From NCBI GenBank assembly GCA_965240465.1, contig OZ251219.1:416001-480000 (forward strand): a stretch of DNA of 64,000 nt, given 5' to 3'. The position numbers and the translations under genes were made by a program. The notes under the pieces are model-generated. The model ran no database searches and had not been told where the DNA came from. It saw only the letters and a program-made list of their open reading frames with translations. Shown piece after piece: positions 1-9,245 of this stretch. The first letter of the stretch is position 1, and every line of letters starts with the position of its first letter. Origin of the DNA: a bacterium. Lineage in GTDB: Bacteria; SAR324; JACQKK01.

Positions 1-1211
1 ATGCGGAAGTAATTCTGGAAGGTTACTGAAGCATAAGTTTGACTTTCTCGCTCTATTTTAACTTTTTCTTTGGCTTCAATCGCCTGATGTAAGCCATCGC
101 CAAAACGACGACCCGCCATCAATCTACCCGTGAATTCATCTACGATGACCACCTGACCACTGCGTACGACGTAATCTACATCACGTTTGAACAGATACAC
201 TGCCTTTAGGGCTTGATTCACATGATGTAGCCAGTCCATGTTTTCAAAATCAAACAATCCGCCTTGGGGCATTAGTTTTTTTTGTTTTAGTTTAAGTTCC
301 AATTTATGTGCCCCTAGTTCACTGAGGTGAATGCTGCGAGCTTTTTCATCCATGGTGTACTCGCCGGGTCGTACTACTGCTTTATCTTCCTCAAGTTTGT
401 TCCAATTTTCTGGGATTCCATGGCGTTCTGAGGCAGGCAGGTTGACTACCTCTTCCTTTCGGATCTCTCTATCTAGGCCCCTGATAATTTCATTTACTTG
501 GGGGTATTTATCGGTGGATTCTTCACTAGCACCAGAAATGATTAAAGGAGTACGGGCTTCATCCACGAGGATGCTATCCACTTCATCAATGATGGCGTAG
601 TTAAGTTCTCTTTGTACGTAGTCGGTCAGGCGAAATTTCATGTTATCGCGTAAGTAATCAAATCCATATTCATTGTTGGTGCCATATGTTATGTCGTTTT
701 GGTAGGCTTGTTGTCGTGATATATCATCCATGCCGTGCTGGATTAGTCCCACTGTTAGGCCCAAGGCCTTATAGATATCTCCCATCCATTGCTGGTCTCG
801 GCGAGCTAAGTAATCATTAGGAGTAACCAAGTGTACTCCCCTGTTACTGAGGGCATTCAAGCAAGCAGGGGCAGTGCTAGCTAGGGTTTTTCCTTCCCCA
901 GTTTTCATTTCAGCGATCATCCCCCGATGCAAAGCCATACCTCCGAGTAATTGAACATCAAAATGACGTTCGCCATTGAGACGACGACTGACTTCCCGCA
1001 CCAAGGCGAACACGGGTGCTAGTTGTTCATCCAGACTGGAGCCATTATCAATTTGGGTGCGTATTTCACCCATGCGACTGGCGAGCATTCCCTGTTCTAG
1101 GCCCTGTATTTCTTGTTCCAGGTCATTTATTTTTGAAACAAGAGGACGAAATTCCTTAAGTATCTTTTCGGTATTGGAAGAAATCTTTCCGCTTAATAAT
1201 CGCTTAAACAT
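1..1211 (-). CDS. secA: Preprotein translocase subunit SecA, N-terminal part (runs off the window edge)
   Basis: Manual translation from ATG at 1211 gives [46 protein letters not shown] and [21 protein letters not shown]. Absent from the ORF track because it is open at the edge. Confidence 0.97.
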   Translation of the reverse strand, partial: MFKRLLSGKISSNTEKILKEFRPLVSKINDLEQEIQGLEQGMLASRMGEIRTQIDNGSSLDEQLAPVFALVREVSRRLNGERHFDVQLLGGMALHRGMIAEMKTGEGKTLASTAPACLNALSNRGVHLVTPNDYLARRDQQWMGDIYKALGLTVGLIQHGMDDISRQQAYQNDITYGTNNEYGFDYLRDNMKFRLTDYVQRELNYAIIDEVDSILVDEARTPLIISGASEESTDKYPQVNEIIRGLDREIRKEEVVNLPASERHGIPENWNKLEEDKAVVRPGEYTMDEKARSIHLSELGAHKLELKLKQKKLMPQGGLFDFENMDWLHHVNQALKAVYLFKRDVDYVVRSGQVVIVDEFTGRLMAGRRFGDGLHQAIEAKEKVKIERESQTYASVTFQNYFR

Positions 1212-1455
1212 TGTACTAGTTTGATATATCTTGAATGCCTCAAGTTGATACTCATAGCAGGGTACTAGAAATTTATCTTGATTGTGTATATAATCATTAT
1301 ACTATCGGTGTGCTTCCAATATGCTCAAATGTCCGCAATGATAAGGTATGGTGTGCTTAAGATCCTGTATGCTTGCGTCCATTAAAAACATATAAGCAGG
1401 CATGAAAAAGATGCCTTTCCTGCAGGTATACATATCATAATAGTATCAAGGATAC

Positions 1456-3006
1456 ATGTTGCGCCTCTGTTATCAGCCATTTTTATCATCCTGTTGCTCA
1501 GCGATTTTTAGGATAGTAATCAAATTCCCTGTGGCGATGAGTATTGTGCCTATCGGCTTATTGGTTTGTGGCATGGCAGATGTAGTTTGGGCTGGGGCTA
1601 TTGTTCATCAGGGAAATTTTGTACCTCCTATTTGGGCTTTGTTTCCATTTGCGGGGATTTTGTTATCCATCGCCATTATGCCCTTGGTCTCACCGCACAT
1701 TTGGGAGAACAATTATGGCAAGATAAGTTTCTTTTGGATGGTAGTTGGTTTTTTGGTGATGTTTGTTTCTGTGCCACCTCAGACTTTTTCAGCTAGTTAT
1801 GGTCCTCGGTTGTTTTCCATTTACGAGGAGTACATAGCCTTTATAGTTTTGCTGGGTTCTTTGTTTATCATATCGGGTGGAGTTCACATAACTAGAGATG
1901 CCTCGGCTACCCCGCTGGTGAATACTGTTACCATGCTGATTGGTTCGGTTTTGGCGAGCCTGATTGGTACTACTGGGGCTGGCATGTTGATTATTCGTCC
2001 ATTACTTCGTGCCAATGAGTTGAGGCGTCACAAGGTACATGTGGTATTATTTTTCATTTTCTTGGTTTGCAATGTGGGGGGATTATTGACTCCTATTGGA
2101 GATCCGCCCTTATTTCTAGGTTTTTTGCAAGGAATTCCCTTTACTTGGACCTTAAAACTTTTTCCGCAGTGGTTATTTGCGGTGGGTTTGATATTGGTGA
2201 TATTTTTCCTGCTGGATAGTTTGCTAGCACATCGGGAAAGTCGTTACGCTCTGCATTCTCATGAGGCTCGCACCAGTACTGGGATAGAGATGGAGTTGGA
2301 ATCAGTTGGGGGGGGGATTATTTTTCGGCCGTTGAAAGGGGTAGTTGTGGGGATTGAGGGATATTATAATCTACCATTACTTTTAGGGGTGGTAGTTGCA
2401 GTCATTCTTAGCGGAGCCGTTCACCTGCCTTATTCCTTGGATTTTTTTAATTTAGGTAGCCTGCATCTTACTTCCATATTACGAGACCTTAGCTTAGTGT
2501 TACTGGCGGTTATTTCCTTGCTGATTACTCCTAATCTCACTCGGGAACGCAACCAGTTTAACTATGAACCCATTCGGGAAGTAGCTTTGCTTTTCATCGG
2601 GATTTTCACCTGCATGACTCCAGCCCTGATGTTACTCAATGCTCGCGGTGATGAGCTGGGACTGGGATCGGCAGTTGATTACATGTGGATCACTGGAATA
2701 CTTTCTGCGTTTTTAGACAACGCCCCTACCTACCTTACCTTTTTAGCTACCGCTATGGGTTCGCTGGGGCTGAACGAGGCTATTCAACTAACCGAATCCC
2801 CGGAGGCAGAAAGCATCTTAAAGGGAATTTCCATCGGGGCAGTATTTTTTGGTGCCCTGACTTATATTGGCAATGGGCCTAATTTTATGGTGCGTTCCAT
2901 TGCTCAGAGTTCGGGAGTAAGAATGCCTAGTTTCTTTGGCTACATGCTCTGGTCTACCGTCTTTTTGCTACCGGTATTCGCCTTGGTGGGCTGGCTACTG
3001 CTTTAA
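1456..3006 (+). CDS. Ion transporter superfamily membrane protein (putative Na+/H+ antiporter, NhaD/CitMHS-like)
   Basis: Many hydrophobic segments; motifs NVGGLLTPIGDPPLFLGF, LSAFLDNAPTY and GALTYIGNGPNFMV. Start could be 1537. Confidence 0.85.
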   Translation: MLRLCYQPFLSSCCSAIFRIVIKFPVAMSIVPIGLLVCGMADVVWAGAIVHQGNFVPPIWALFPFAGILLSIAIMPLVSPHIWENNYGKISFFWMVVGFLVMFVSVPPQTFSASYGPRLFSIYEEYIAFIVLLGSLFIISGGVHITRDASATPLVNTVTMLIGSVLASLIGTTGAGMLIIRPLLRANELRRHKVHVVLFFIFLVCNVGGLLTPIGDPPLFLGFLQGIPFTWTLKLFPQWLFAVGLILVIFFLLDSLLAHRESRYALHSHEARTSTGIEMELESVGGGIIFRPLKGVVVGIEGYYNLPLLLGVVVAVILSGAVHLPYSLDFFNLGSLHLTSILRDLSLVLLAVISLLITPNLTRERNQFNYEPIREVALLFIGIFTCMTPALMLLNARGDELGLGSAVDYMWITGILSAFLDNAPTYLTFLATAMGSLGLNEAIQLTESPEAESILKGISIGAVFFGALTYIGNGPNFMVRSIAQSSGVRMPSFFGYMLWSTVFLLPVFALVGWLLL

Positions 3007-3130
3007 CGATGTGCTTAATATCGCCTAGTTACCATTCCAATATCACTTGACAATAACTCTTTCTTGTGCAATGGTGGCATAGCATATTTGGCTTGTTCAG
3101 AGAAGTGCTAAACATGCAGTGTGAGTGGAG

Positions 3131-3601
3131 ATGATAGCAGTCAAAGATACCAGTACCTTAGTGAATACCATCATAGTTGGTGCAGGGAGAGAGTCTATCC
3201 CTGTACGACCTATGAAGCTCCAAAAGCTTCTCTATTTTTTTCAAGGCTGGTATCACAACAGATATGGAGGTTGGCTACTAACCGAAGACTTTGAAGCCTG
3301 GCCTTATGGTCCCGTGATTCCTTCTGTCTACGATGAATATAAGGAACTTGGAGAAGAAATTATTTATGGTTTGTCAAAGACAAGGGATGGGGAAGAATAT
3401 GTCTATTCAGGTGATAACAAAAAAATAGGCGATATTTTACAAGACATTGTAGAGATATATGCCCCATGTACCGATTTATCCCTTTCAGACTTTTCGCATA
3501 AAAAAGGCGGGGCTTGGGATAAAACACAGCAACATGGGTGGGGTAAAACAATTGATAAAGAAGATATTGAAAATGAGTTCAAAGAAAGAATCCTCCGATA
3601 A
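3131..3601 (+). CDS. Panacea/SocA (DUF4065) family antitoxin-like protein
   Basis: MKLQKLLYF, FEAWPYGPVIPSVY and LSDFSH...W motifs; GGAG before ATG 3131; AT-rich relative to flanks. Confidence 0.88.
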   Translation: MIAVKDTSTLVNTIIVGAGRESIPVRPMKLQKLLYFFQGWYHNRYGGWLLTEDFEAWPYGPVIPSVYDEYKELGEEIIYGLSKTRDGEEYVYSGDNKKIGDILQDIVEIYAPCTDLSLSDFSHKKGGAWDKTQQHGWGKTIDKEDIENEFKERILR

Positions 3602-3914
3602 ACCCGAGACCGATGCCGAACGTGCGTCAAAAGCAAGTCGGTTGGGAACCGTAGGATATACCAAGACCGAACTTATGTCGGAAGGAAGATTACATCGCCA
3701 TGCTAGAAAAACACATCGGTTGAAAACTGCAAGATACACTGTTTGGGGTGGTGGGGTTTGTATTGTTTTTTTCGCGATTGTGATAGTAATTTCTCACGTC
3801 TTTTCTGATGATGCTGAGTGCAAATTGCTAGACTATGGAAGTGACCTTATTATAGCTTCCTTCAGTATCATAAGTATTGCACTTGGGTTTATTGCAGGAA
3901 GTTCTGTAGAATAA
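3573..3914 (+). CDS. Small two-TM membrane protein, putative partner/toxin of the Panacea gene
   Basis: Overlaps the end of the Panacea gene; charged N-terminus followed by two hydrophobic helices (VCIVFFAIVIVISHVF; LIIASFSIISIALGFIAG). Confidence 0.65.
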   Translation: MSSKKESSDKPETDAERASKASRLGTVGYTKTELMSEGRLHRHARKTHRLKTARYTVWGGGVCIVFFAIVIVISHVFSDDAECKLLDYGSDLIIASFSIISIALGFIAGSSVE

Positions 3915-4131
3915 ACACCCTGATTTCAATTCCCGCCAGAGCATGAAACTACTTATAATGGTAACATCGGTTCCTTATAATTCTTTTAGATAATTTTTCA
4001 AGTACTCCATTGGTCTTTTGCCCTTGATGGCATTGCAGCTCTGGCACAGCGATTGTAAATTTACCCTTTCATTACCACCACCGCTTATCCGCGGGATAAT
4101 GTGGTCTAGCTGTAGATTACGCATGTCAAAT

Positions 4132-5454
4132 TTAATAGCGATAATCAGCCGATTTATAAGGGCCGTTCATTGAGACCCCTAGATATTCTGCCTGCTCTGC
4201 TGAGAGTTTTTGCAGCTTGATGCCCAGCTTTTCCAAATGCAAGTGGGCGACTTGCTCATCCAGGTGGCGAGGCAAAGTGTAGACCTTATTTTCATATTTT
4301 CCCTGATTTTGAAAAAGCTCCAGCTGAGCCAGTACTTGATTGGTAAAACTGGTAGACATCACAAAGCTAGGATGCCCAGTGGCACAACCGAGATTAACCA
4401 ATCTGCCCTCTGCCAGTACGGTCAATTTTTTACCGTCAGGATAGATATACTGATCCACCTGAGGCTTGATGTTTTGCTTATTAATCTGGGGGTCTTGGTT
4501 CAGGGCTTCCACTTCCACTTCCGACTCAAAATGCCCGATGTTGCAAACGATTGCCTCGTTCTTCATGCAGTCCAGATGTTGCTTGGAAATAGCCTTGACA
4601 CAGCCCGTTGCGGTGACAAAAATATTGCCGAGCTTAGCCGCTTCGTCCATGGTTACCACCCGATTCCCCTCCATAGCCGCTTGTAGAGCACAGATGGGGT
4701 CAATCTCCACCACCAGCACATGGGCGCCCAGTCCCCCGAAGGCAGATACACAACCCTTGCCCACTTCACCATAACCTACCACCACTGCTATTTTGCCCGC
4801 TATCATCACATCCGTAGCCCGTTTGATGCCATCCAGTAGCGACTCGCGAATGCCATAAAGATTATCAAACTTGCTCTTGGTGACCGAAGCATTTACATCC
4901 AAAGCCGGAATTTTCAGTTCCCCGCGTTTTTCCATTTGCCTTAATCTCATGGATCCCGTGGTGGTCTCTTCTGATACCCCATGAATACGGCTCAACAACT
5001 GAGAAAACTTGCCATGTACCGTCGCAGTGAGGTCGCCGCCGTCATCCAATAACATATTTGGCTCATTTCCATCAGACCAACGCAGGGTTTGCTCAATGCA
5101 CCAATAATATTCTGCGTCTGTTTCTCCCTTCCAAGCAAACACCGCTACTCCCCGTTGAGCCAAGGCTGCCGCCGCATGATCCTGAGTAGAAAATATGTTG
5201 CAAGAACTCCAACGAACCTCGGCTCCTAAGTCCAGCAAGGTTTCTATCAACACCGCGGTTTGAATGGTCATGTGAATACAACCCGCTATCCTTGCCCCTT
5301 GCAAGGGTTTTTGGGAACGATACCTTTTCCGCAAAGCCATCAAGCCGGGCATTTCATTTTCGGCAATCTCTATCTCCTTGCGTCCCCATTCAGCAAGGGA
5401 GATATCAGCTATTTTGTGGTCTGGTAAGGGGGTGGGTTTTTTGTCAGCCAGCAT
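4132..5454 (-). CDS. ahcY: Adenosylhomocysteinase
   Basis: [68 protein letters not shown]. Confidence 0.98.
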   Translation of the reverse strand: MLADKKPTPLPDHKIADISLAEWGRKEIEIAENEMPGLMALRKRYRSQKPLQGARIAGCIHMTIQTAVLIETLLDLGAEVRWSSCNIFSTQDHAAAALAQRGVAVFAWKGETDAEYYWCIEQTLRWSDGNEPNMLLDDGGDLTATVHGKFSQLLSRIHGVSEETTTGSMRLRQMEKRGELKIPALDVNASVTKSKFDNLYGIRESLLDGIKRATDVMIAGKIAVVVGYGEVGKGCVSAFGGLGAHVLVVEIDPICALQAAMEGNRVVTMDEAAKLGNIFVTATGCVKAISKQHLDCMKNEAIVCNIGHFESEVEVEALNQDPQINKQNIKPQVDQYIYPDGKKLTVLAEGRLVNLGCATGHPSFVMSTSFTNQVLAQLELFQNQGKYENKVYTLPRHLDEQVAHLHLEKLGIKLQKLSAEQAEYLGVSMNGPYKSADYRY

Positions 5455-5606
5455 GAAAGGCACTCATAAAAAGGTTAGAAAGATGGCATTACTTACAGAT
5501 TGCTAATATATTGCCCCCAGTAGCATTATAAAGTTAATGGAATTTAAATTCTTCTTCAAGTACTTGTAGTGATATACCGATTGGTTACCACTTTTGTAAA
5601 AAATCC

Positions 5607-8600
5607 TCAGGGAGTAAAATCCCAGCTTTCTAGGTGCTTGATAAGAGGAAAATAAAGGGCGAGTTTTAAGGGTATTGTTGGCTCTAAGCGATAGAATAAG
5701 TTAGCATAACGCTCTAATTGGGGTTTATGCTTTTCTCTTTGTTGAACTAAAAAGGATGCTAAATCTTGCTGCTGGGGAGTAGCAGTTTTGAAATCCACCA
5801 CCCAGCGAATATTATCTGCGGCTACAAAAGTGCGATCCACAATGGATTGGGATAGAGTGGAATTTTTATTCGCCAAGGCGAAATGATCCAGTCGCAATTC
5901 ACTTTCGGCAGTGGCATGCCGTTGCAATATCCAACGCCCTTGGGGGTCTTCAATGGTATTGAGCAGGGCTTGTATCACCCGTTCGGTAGCAAAATCAAGT
6001 GCCTGAGCAGTGATCTCCAACTGACAAAGATTAGCCCTCACGCACTTTTTGGCTTGCTGGATGATGCTATCCCAATCTTCACTTCGTCCCAGCACCTCCA
6101 GCCAGCGATGGATCTCCACTCCCACCCCACGAGGAACGATGGATCGCGGGTGATTACCCATCTTGGCTAAAGATTGAGATTCTAGCAGTGGCAGTTCTGG
6201 CGATGGCAGTTCTGGCGATGGGGATGCGGTAGTTTGAGATTGCTCGGGGTTGTTTTCGCTTTCATCATCTGAGCCGGGTTTGGCAGCCCCACTGAGTTGT
6301 TCTTCGGTGAGAGGTTTTCCTTGAGGACGGACGTTTTTCAGCGGAGGCGGAGCTTCCCACTGCTGCGGTAATCTCCACAACCAGCCTTCCTTTATGGAGG
6401 AAGCCTCTTCGGTAGCCTCAGGGTTTTTTTCTGTAGAGATGGTAGGGTTATCCTCTGCAGCTCCAGCGTCATGGAGCAATTTCAGCATGGTGCCTGATAT
6501 TGGATTGCCCTGTTTAGCAGTGGTGAGCAATAATCGCTGGCGAGCTCGGGTACAGCCCACATATAGTAGGCGAGCGAGTTCTTTGTCATTTTTGCCCTTA
6601 GATAATTGCTGGATGAATTTATAGACACAGCGATCTTCTTCCTCGCTGGTGACTGGGGCTGGGGCTAGCAATAGGTGTGATTCACTTTTGGTTAGGGCAG
6701 GATATTCCTCCCAGCAGAGCATGTGGTTATAATCATTGCGGCTTCTTCGTTCCAGAGCTGGCAACACGACCCAATCAAATTCCAAGCCCTTAGCTTGATG
6801 GATGCTAAGGACTGCCACCTTTCCAGTTACATTTGGAGGCAATTCCGAGGGTGGTATTTCTCCTAGGCAATCTTTCAGGCGTTCAAAGAATCCTACTGTG
6901 GTTTCCAGAGGGATTTGCCTCAGTTGTTCTAAGAATAGATTGATGTATTCCAAGCCTTTATCGGTAGTTAGGCAGGCGGGACCTCTCAGTTTTAGCCACA
7001 CTTGTTCCAGCCAATCTGTCAGTGATAGGCGTCCCTGTTGCTGCCAAGCCCATTCAAAGGCTACCTGTAGGTGCATCAAAGCCGTTTTTTCTGGGGAGCT
7101 CAGTTGCTTTTTCACGGCAGGGTCTTGCAGGATCTCCCAGATGCTATTTGCAGGCGGATGAGAGCCATTAGCTTTGGAGGGGGGGGTATCCGAGTCAATT
7201 TCAGCCGTATTTACCTCAGTGGCAGCGGATAATTTTTCTGCCAGCATAGTAAGGGTAGCCAGTGAAAAGCCACCCCAAGGAGCCCGCAGAACGCTCATCC
7301 AAGCGAGGGTATCGTGCCGCAGCAACAGAGCTCGGAGCAAAGCTAGAATATCCAGTACTTCTTGTTGTTCTAGCAGACTCGCCCGACGTTCATATTGAAA
7401 AGGTACTCCATGCTCTCGCAAGGCAGATACAATAGTTTCCACATGCTTTTTGGACCTAAACAGAATTGCTATTTGGGCTTGCTTTCCTGAAGCTTGCTTT
7501 ATCCATTCCACAATAGCTTTGGCTTCCTGAGTACTATCATCAGCTAGTTTCCATTCCACCCCTGAGTCCTCATCGGGAGGCTTCACCGCCCGAGCAAAGA
7601 CATGAGCTGCCGTTCCCTCCAGCAAATTGCTCTGCTGGGGGAACACTTTTTGAAACACCCGATTGTGCCAATCCACTAAGGCGGGGACACTGCGGAAATT
7701 AGAGCTCAGTTTGAGTACTTGTGGCTTTAGTTTTCCCAGACCGCGTTCCATCACTCTAACAAACAAGCCAGCCTCCGCCTTGCGAAAGCGATAGATAGAC
7801 TGCATGGGATCTCCCACCAAGAACAAGGTCTGCCTTCCATCCGCTTGCCAGCCCTGCACCAACAATGACAGCATGTCAAACTGAGCGATTGAGGTATCCT
7901 GAAATTCATCCACCAATAAATGGACCAATCGGGCTTGCTCCACATGATTTCCCAGCTGCAAGCAAGGCCGAGCCGATAGCATGATCTCAGTATAATCCAC
8001 TCCTCCTACGGCTTCAAATTCCTGCTTCAGAGCAAGAGATAACTGCCTAAGTACTAGCTGTAAAGTTTCCAAGCTTTCTCTTTCCCAAGGTTGTAAGTTC
8101 ACCCTGCACAAATTGCGTACCTCAGCCAATAAGTTTTCCAGCGATGCTGCCCCCGAGTTGCTAGTTCCCTGGTTATCCCAATCTTTAAGATGTCCTAATA
8201 TCTCGGTCATATCCTTTTTAGCTTCTTCGCTGGTGGTAGGGAATCCGATATTTTTATCCAGCTTCTTACGGAATGTTTCATTTGTTTTAGTTAGCAATAG
8301 TTTACCCAGGGCACGCCAGTATTCCAGTTGTTCTGGTTCTGCGGTGGGTAGCTTTGTCAGGTTAAGCAGGGGTTGGAGGGCCGCGCTATTTGGGGCATTG
8401 TGAGCTGCATGAACCACCAGATTCACCAATGACTGCGATTTTATGCCTTGCTGTAAGAGATATTTCAGGGCGAGCTGCATTTTATTTTGCAGCTGGCTCA
8501 GTTTGACCTGAATGACCTGTTGCAAGACGTTTTCCAAAGCATCCAAGAATTTTGCTGTTGTTTTCGGCGGTTTGGATTTTCCCTTATGGGCAGGGTTATC

Positions 8601-9245
8601 ACTGATGAGGGGGAGCCATTGTTCGCGTTTTTCCAGCAGTTCAACCAGTTGTTTTTCGCATTCGCGGTGGCGATTATTAGAGCGACGTACCAAGCTTTTT
8701 AGAGCCTCAGCTAAGTTAGAATTGCCATCCATTTGGGACATCAAGTTCCGAGCTGCTTGCAGGTAGATTAACTTTGGGTGGGGCAACAAATTTTCTTCTC
8801 CTGAGAGTCGGGCTGTCAGCGGAGTTTGACGCACAATATCCTTCCAGAAGGAATCCATGGTCTTAACTCTGATACTCCAAGGAGCTTTAAGCAGTTGCCA
8901 GCCGTGTTTATGATCATTTTCCAGCACCCTTAGAGCCAGCTTTCGGGTTTGCTCTTGATACCGTGAGTTGATTGGTTGTTTTTGTGCTGCGGCTTGTAAT
9001 TCTTGCCATAGGCGAGAACGCATTTCCCCAGCGGCCTTGCGAGTGAAGGTTATCGCCAACACGGCTTGGGGACGTTCAACTTCTGCCAGCAGTACGAGCA
9101 TACGCTGTACCAGTAGGCTGGTTTTGCCTGCTCCCGCAGGGGCTTGTACAATAAAGGACTGGCGAGGATCTAAGGCTCGCTGGCGGATAGCCTCATCGGG
9201 ACTGCTGGAGGGCGGGCGATTTTCTTTTGGAGAAGATTTATTCAT
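5607..9245 (-). CDS. addA: UvrD-family helicase-nuclease (AddA-like)
   Basis: QAPAGAGKT Walker A, ITFTRKAA, LVDEFQDTS, VGDPMQSIYRFR, SIHQAKGLEF, RLLYVGCTRAR and C-terminal VDR...VDFK nuclease motif. ATG 9245 overlaps the upstream stop. Confidence 0.88.
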   Translation of the reverse strand: MNKSSPKENRPPSSSPDEAIRQRALDPRQSFIVQAPAGAGKTSLLVQRMLVLLAEVERPQAVLAITFTRKAAGEMRSRLWQELQAAAQKQPINSRYQEQTRKLALRVLENDHKHGWQLLKAPWSIRVKTMDSFWKDIVRQTPLTARLSGEENLLPHPKLIYLQAARNLMSQMDGNSNLAEALKSLVRRSNNRHRECEKQLVELLEKREQWLPLISDNPAHKGKSKPPKTTAKFLDALENVLQQVIQVKLSQLQNKMQLALKYLLQQGIKSQSLVNLVVHAAHNAPNSAALQPLLNLTKLPTAEPEQLEYWRALGKLLLTKTNETFRKKLDKNIGFPTTSEEAKKDMTEILGHLKDWDNQGTSNSGAASLENLLAEVRNLCRVNLQPWERESLETLQLVLRQLSLALKQEFEAVGGVDYTEIMLSARPCLQLGNHVEQARLVHLLVDEFQDTSIAQFDMLSLLVQGWQADGRQTLFLVGDPMQSIYRFRKAEAGLFVRVMERGLGKLKPQVLKLSSNFRSVPALVDWHNRVFQKVFPQQSNLLEGTAAHVFARAVKPPDEDSGVEWKLADDSTQEAKAIVEWIKQASGKQAQIAILFRSKKHVETIVSALREHGVPFQYERRASLLEQQEVLDILALLRALLLRHDTLAWMSVLRAPWGGFSLATLTMLAEKLSAATEVNTAEIDSDTPPSKANGSHPPANSIWEILQDPAVKKQLSSPEKTALMHLQVAFEWAWQQQGRLSLTDWLEQVWLKLRGPACLTTDKGLEYINLFLEQLRQIPLETTVGFFERLKDCLGEIPPSELPPNVTGKVAVLSIHQAKGLEFDWVVLPALERRSRNDYNHMLCWEEYPALTKSESHLLLAPAPVTSEEEDRCVYKFIQQLSKGKNDKELARLLYVGCTRARQRLLLTTAKQGNPISGTMLKLLHDAGAAEDNPTISTEKNPEATEEASSIKEGWLWRLPQQWEAPPPLKNVRPQGKPLTEEQLSGAAKPGSDDESENNPEQSQTTASPSPELPSPELPLLESQSLAKMGNHPRSIVPRGVGVEIHRWLEVLGRSEDWDSIIQQAKKCVRANLCQLEITAQALDFATERVIQALLNTIEDPQGRWILQRHATAESELRLDHFALANKNSTLSQSIVDRTFVAADNIRWVVDFKTATPQQQDLASFLVQQREKHKPQLERYANLFYRLEPTIPLKLALYFPLIKHLESWDFTP
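6189..6221. repeat. 15-nt x2 in-frame repeat in addA (SPELP)
   Basis: TGGCAGTTCTGGCGA x2. Confidence 0.85.

Noticed and set aside
4077-4105. Hairpin TTATCC-GCG-GGATAA between convergent genes
   Set aside because: Short stem without a clear U-tract; too weak to call a terminator.
5455-5606. SAH or SAM riboswitch upstream of ahcY
   Set aside because: AT-rich with no recognisable conserved elements by eye; a covariance-model search would be needed.
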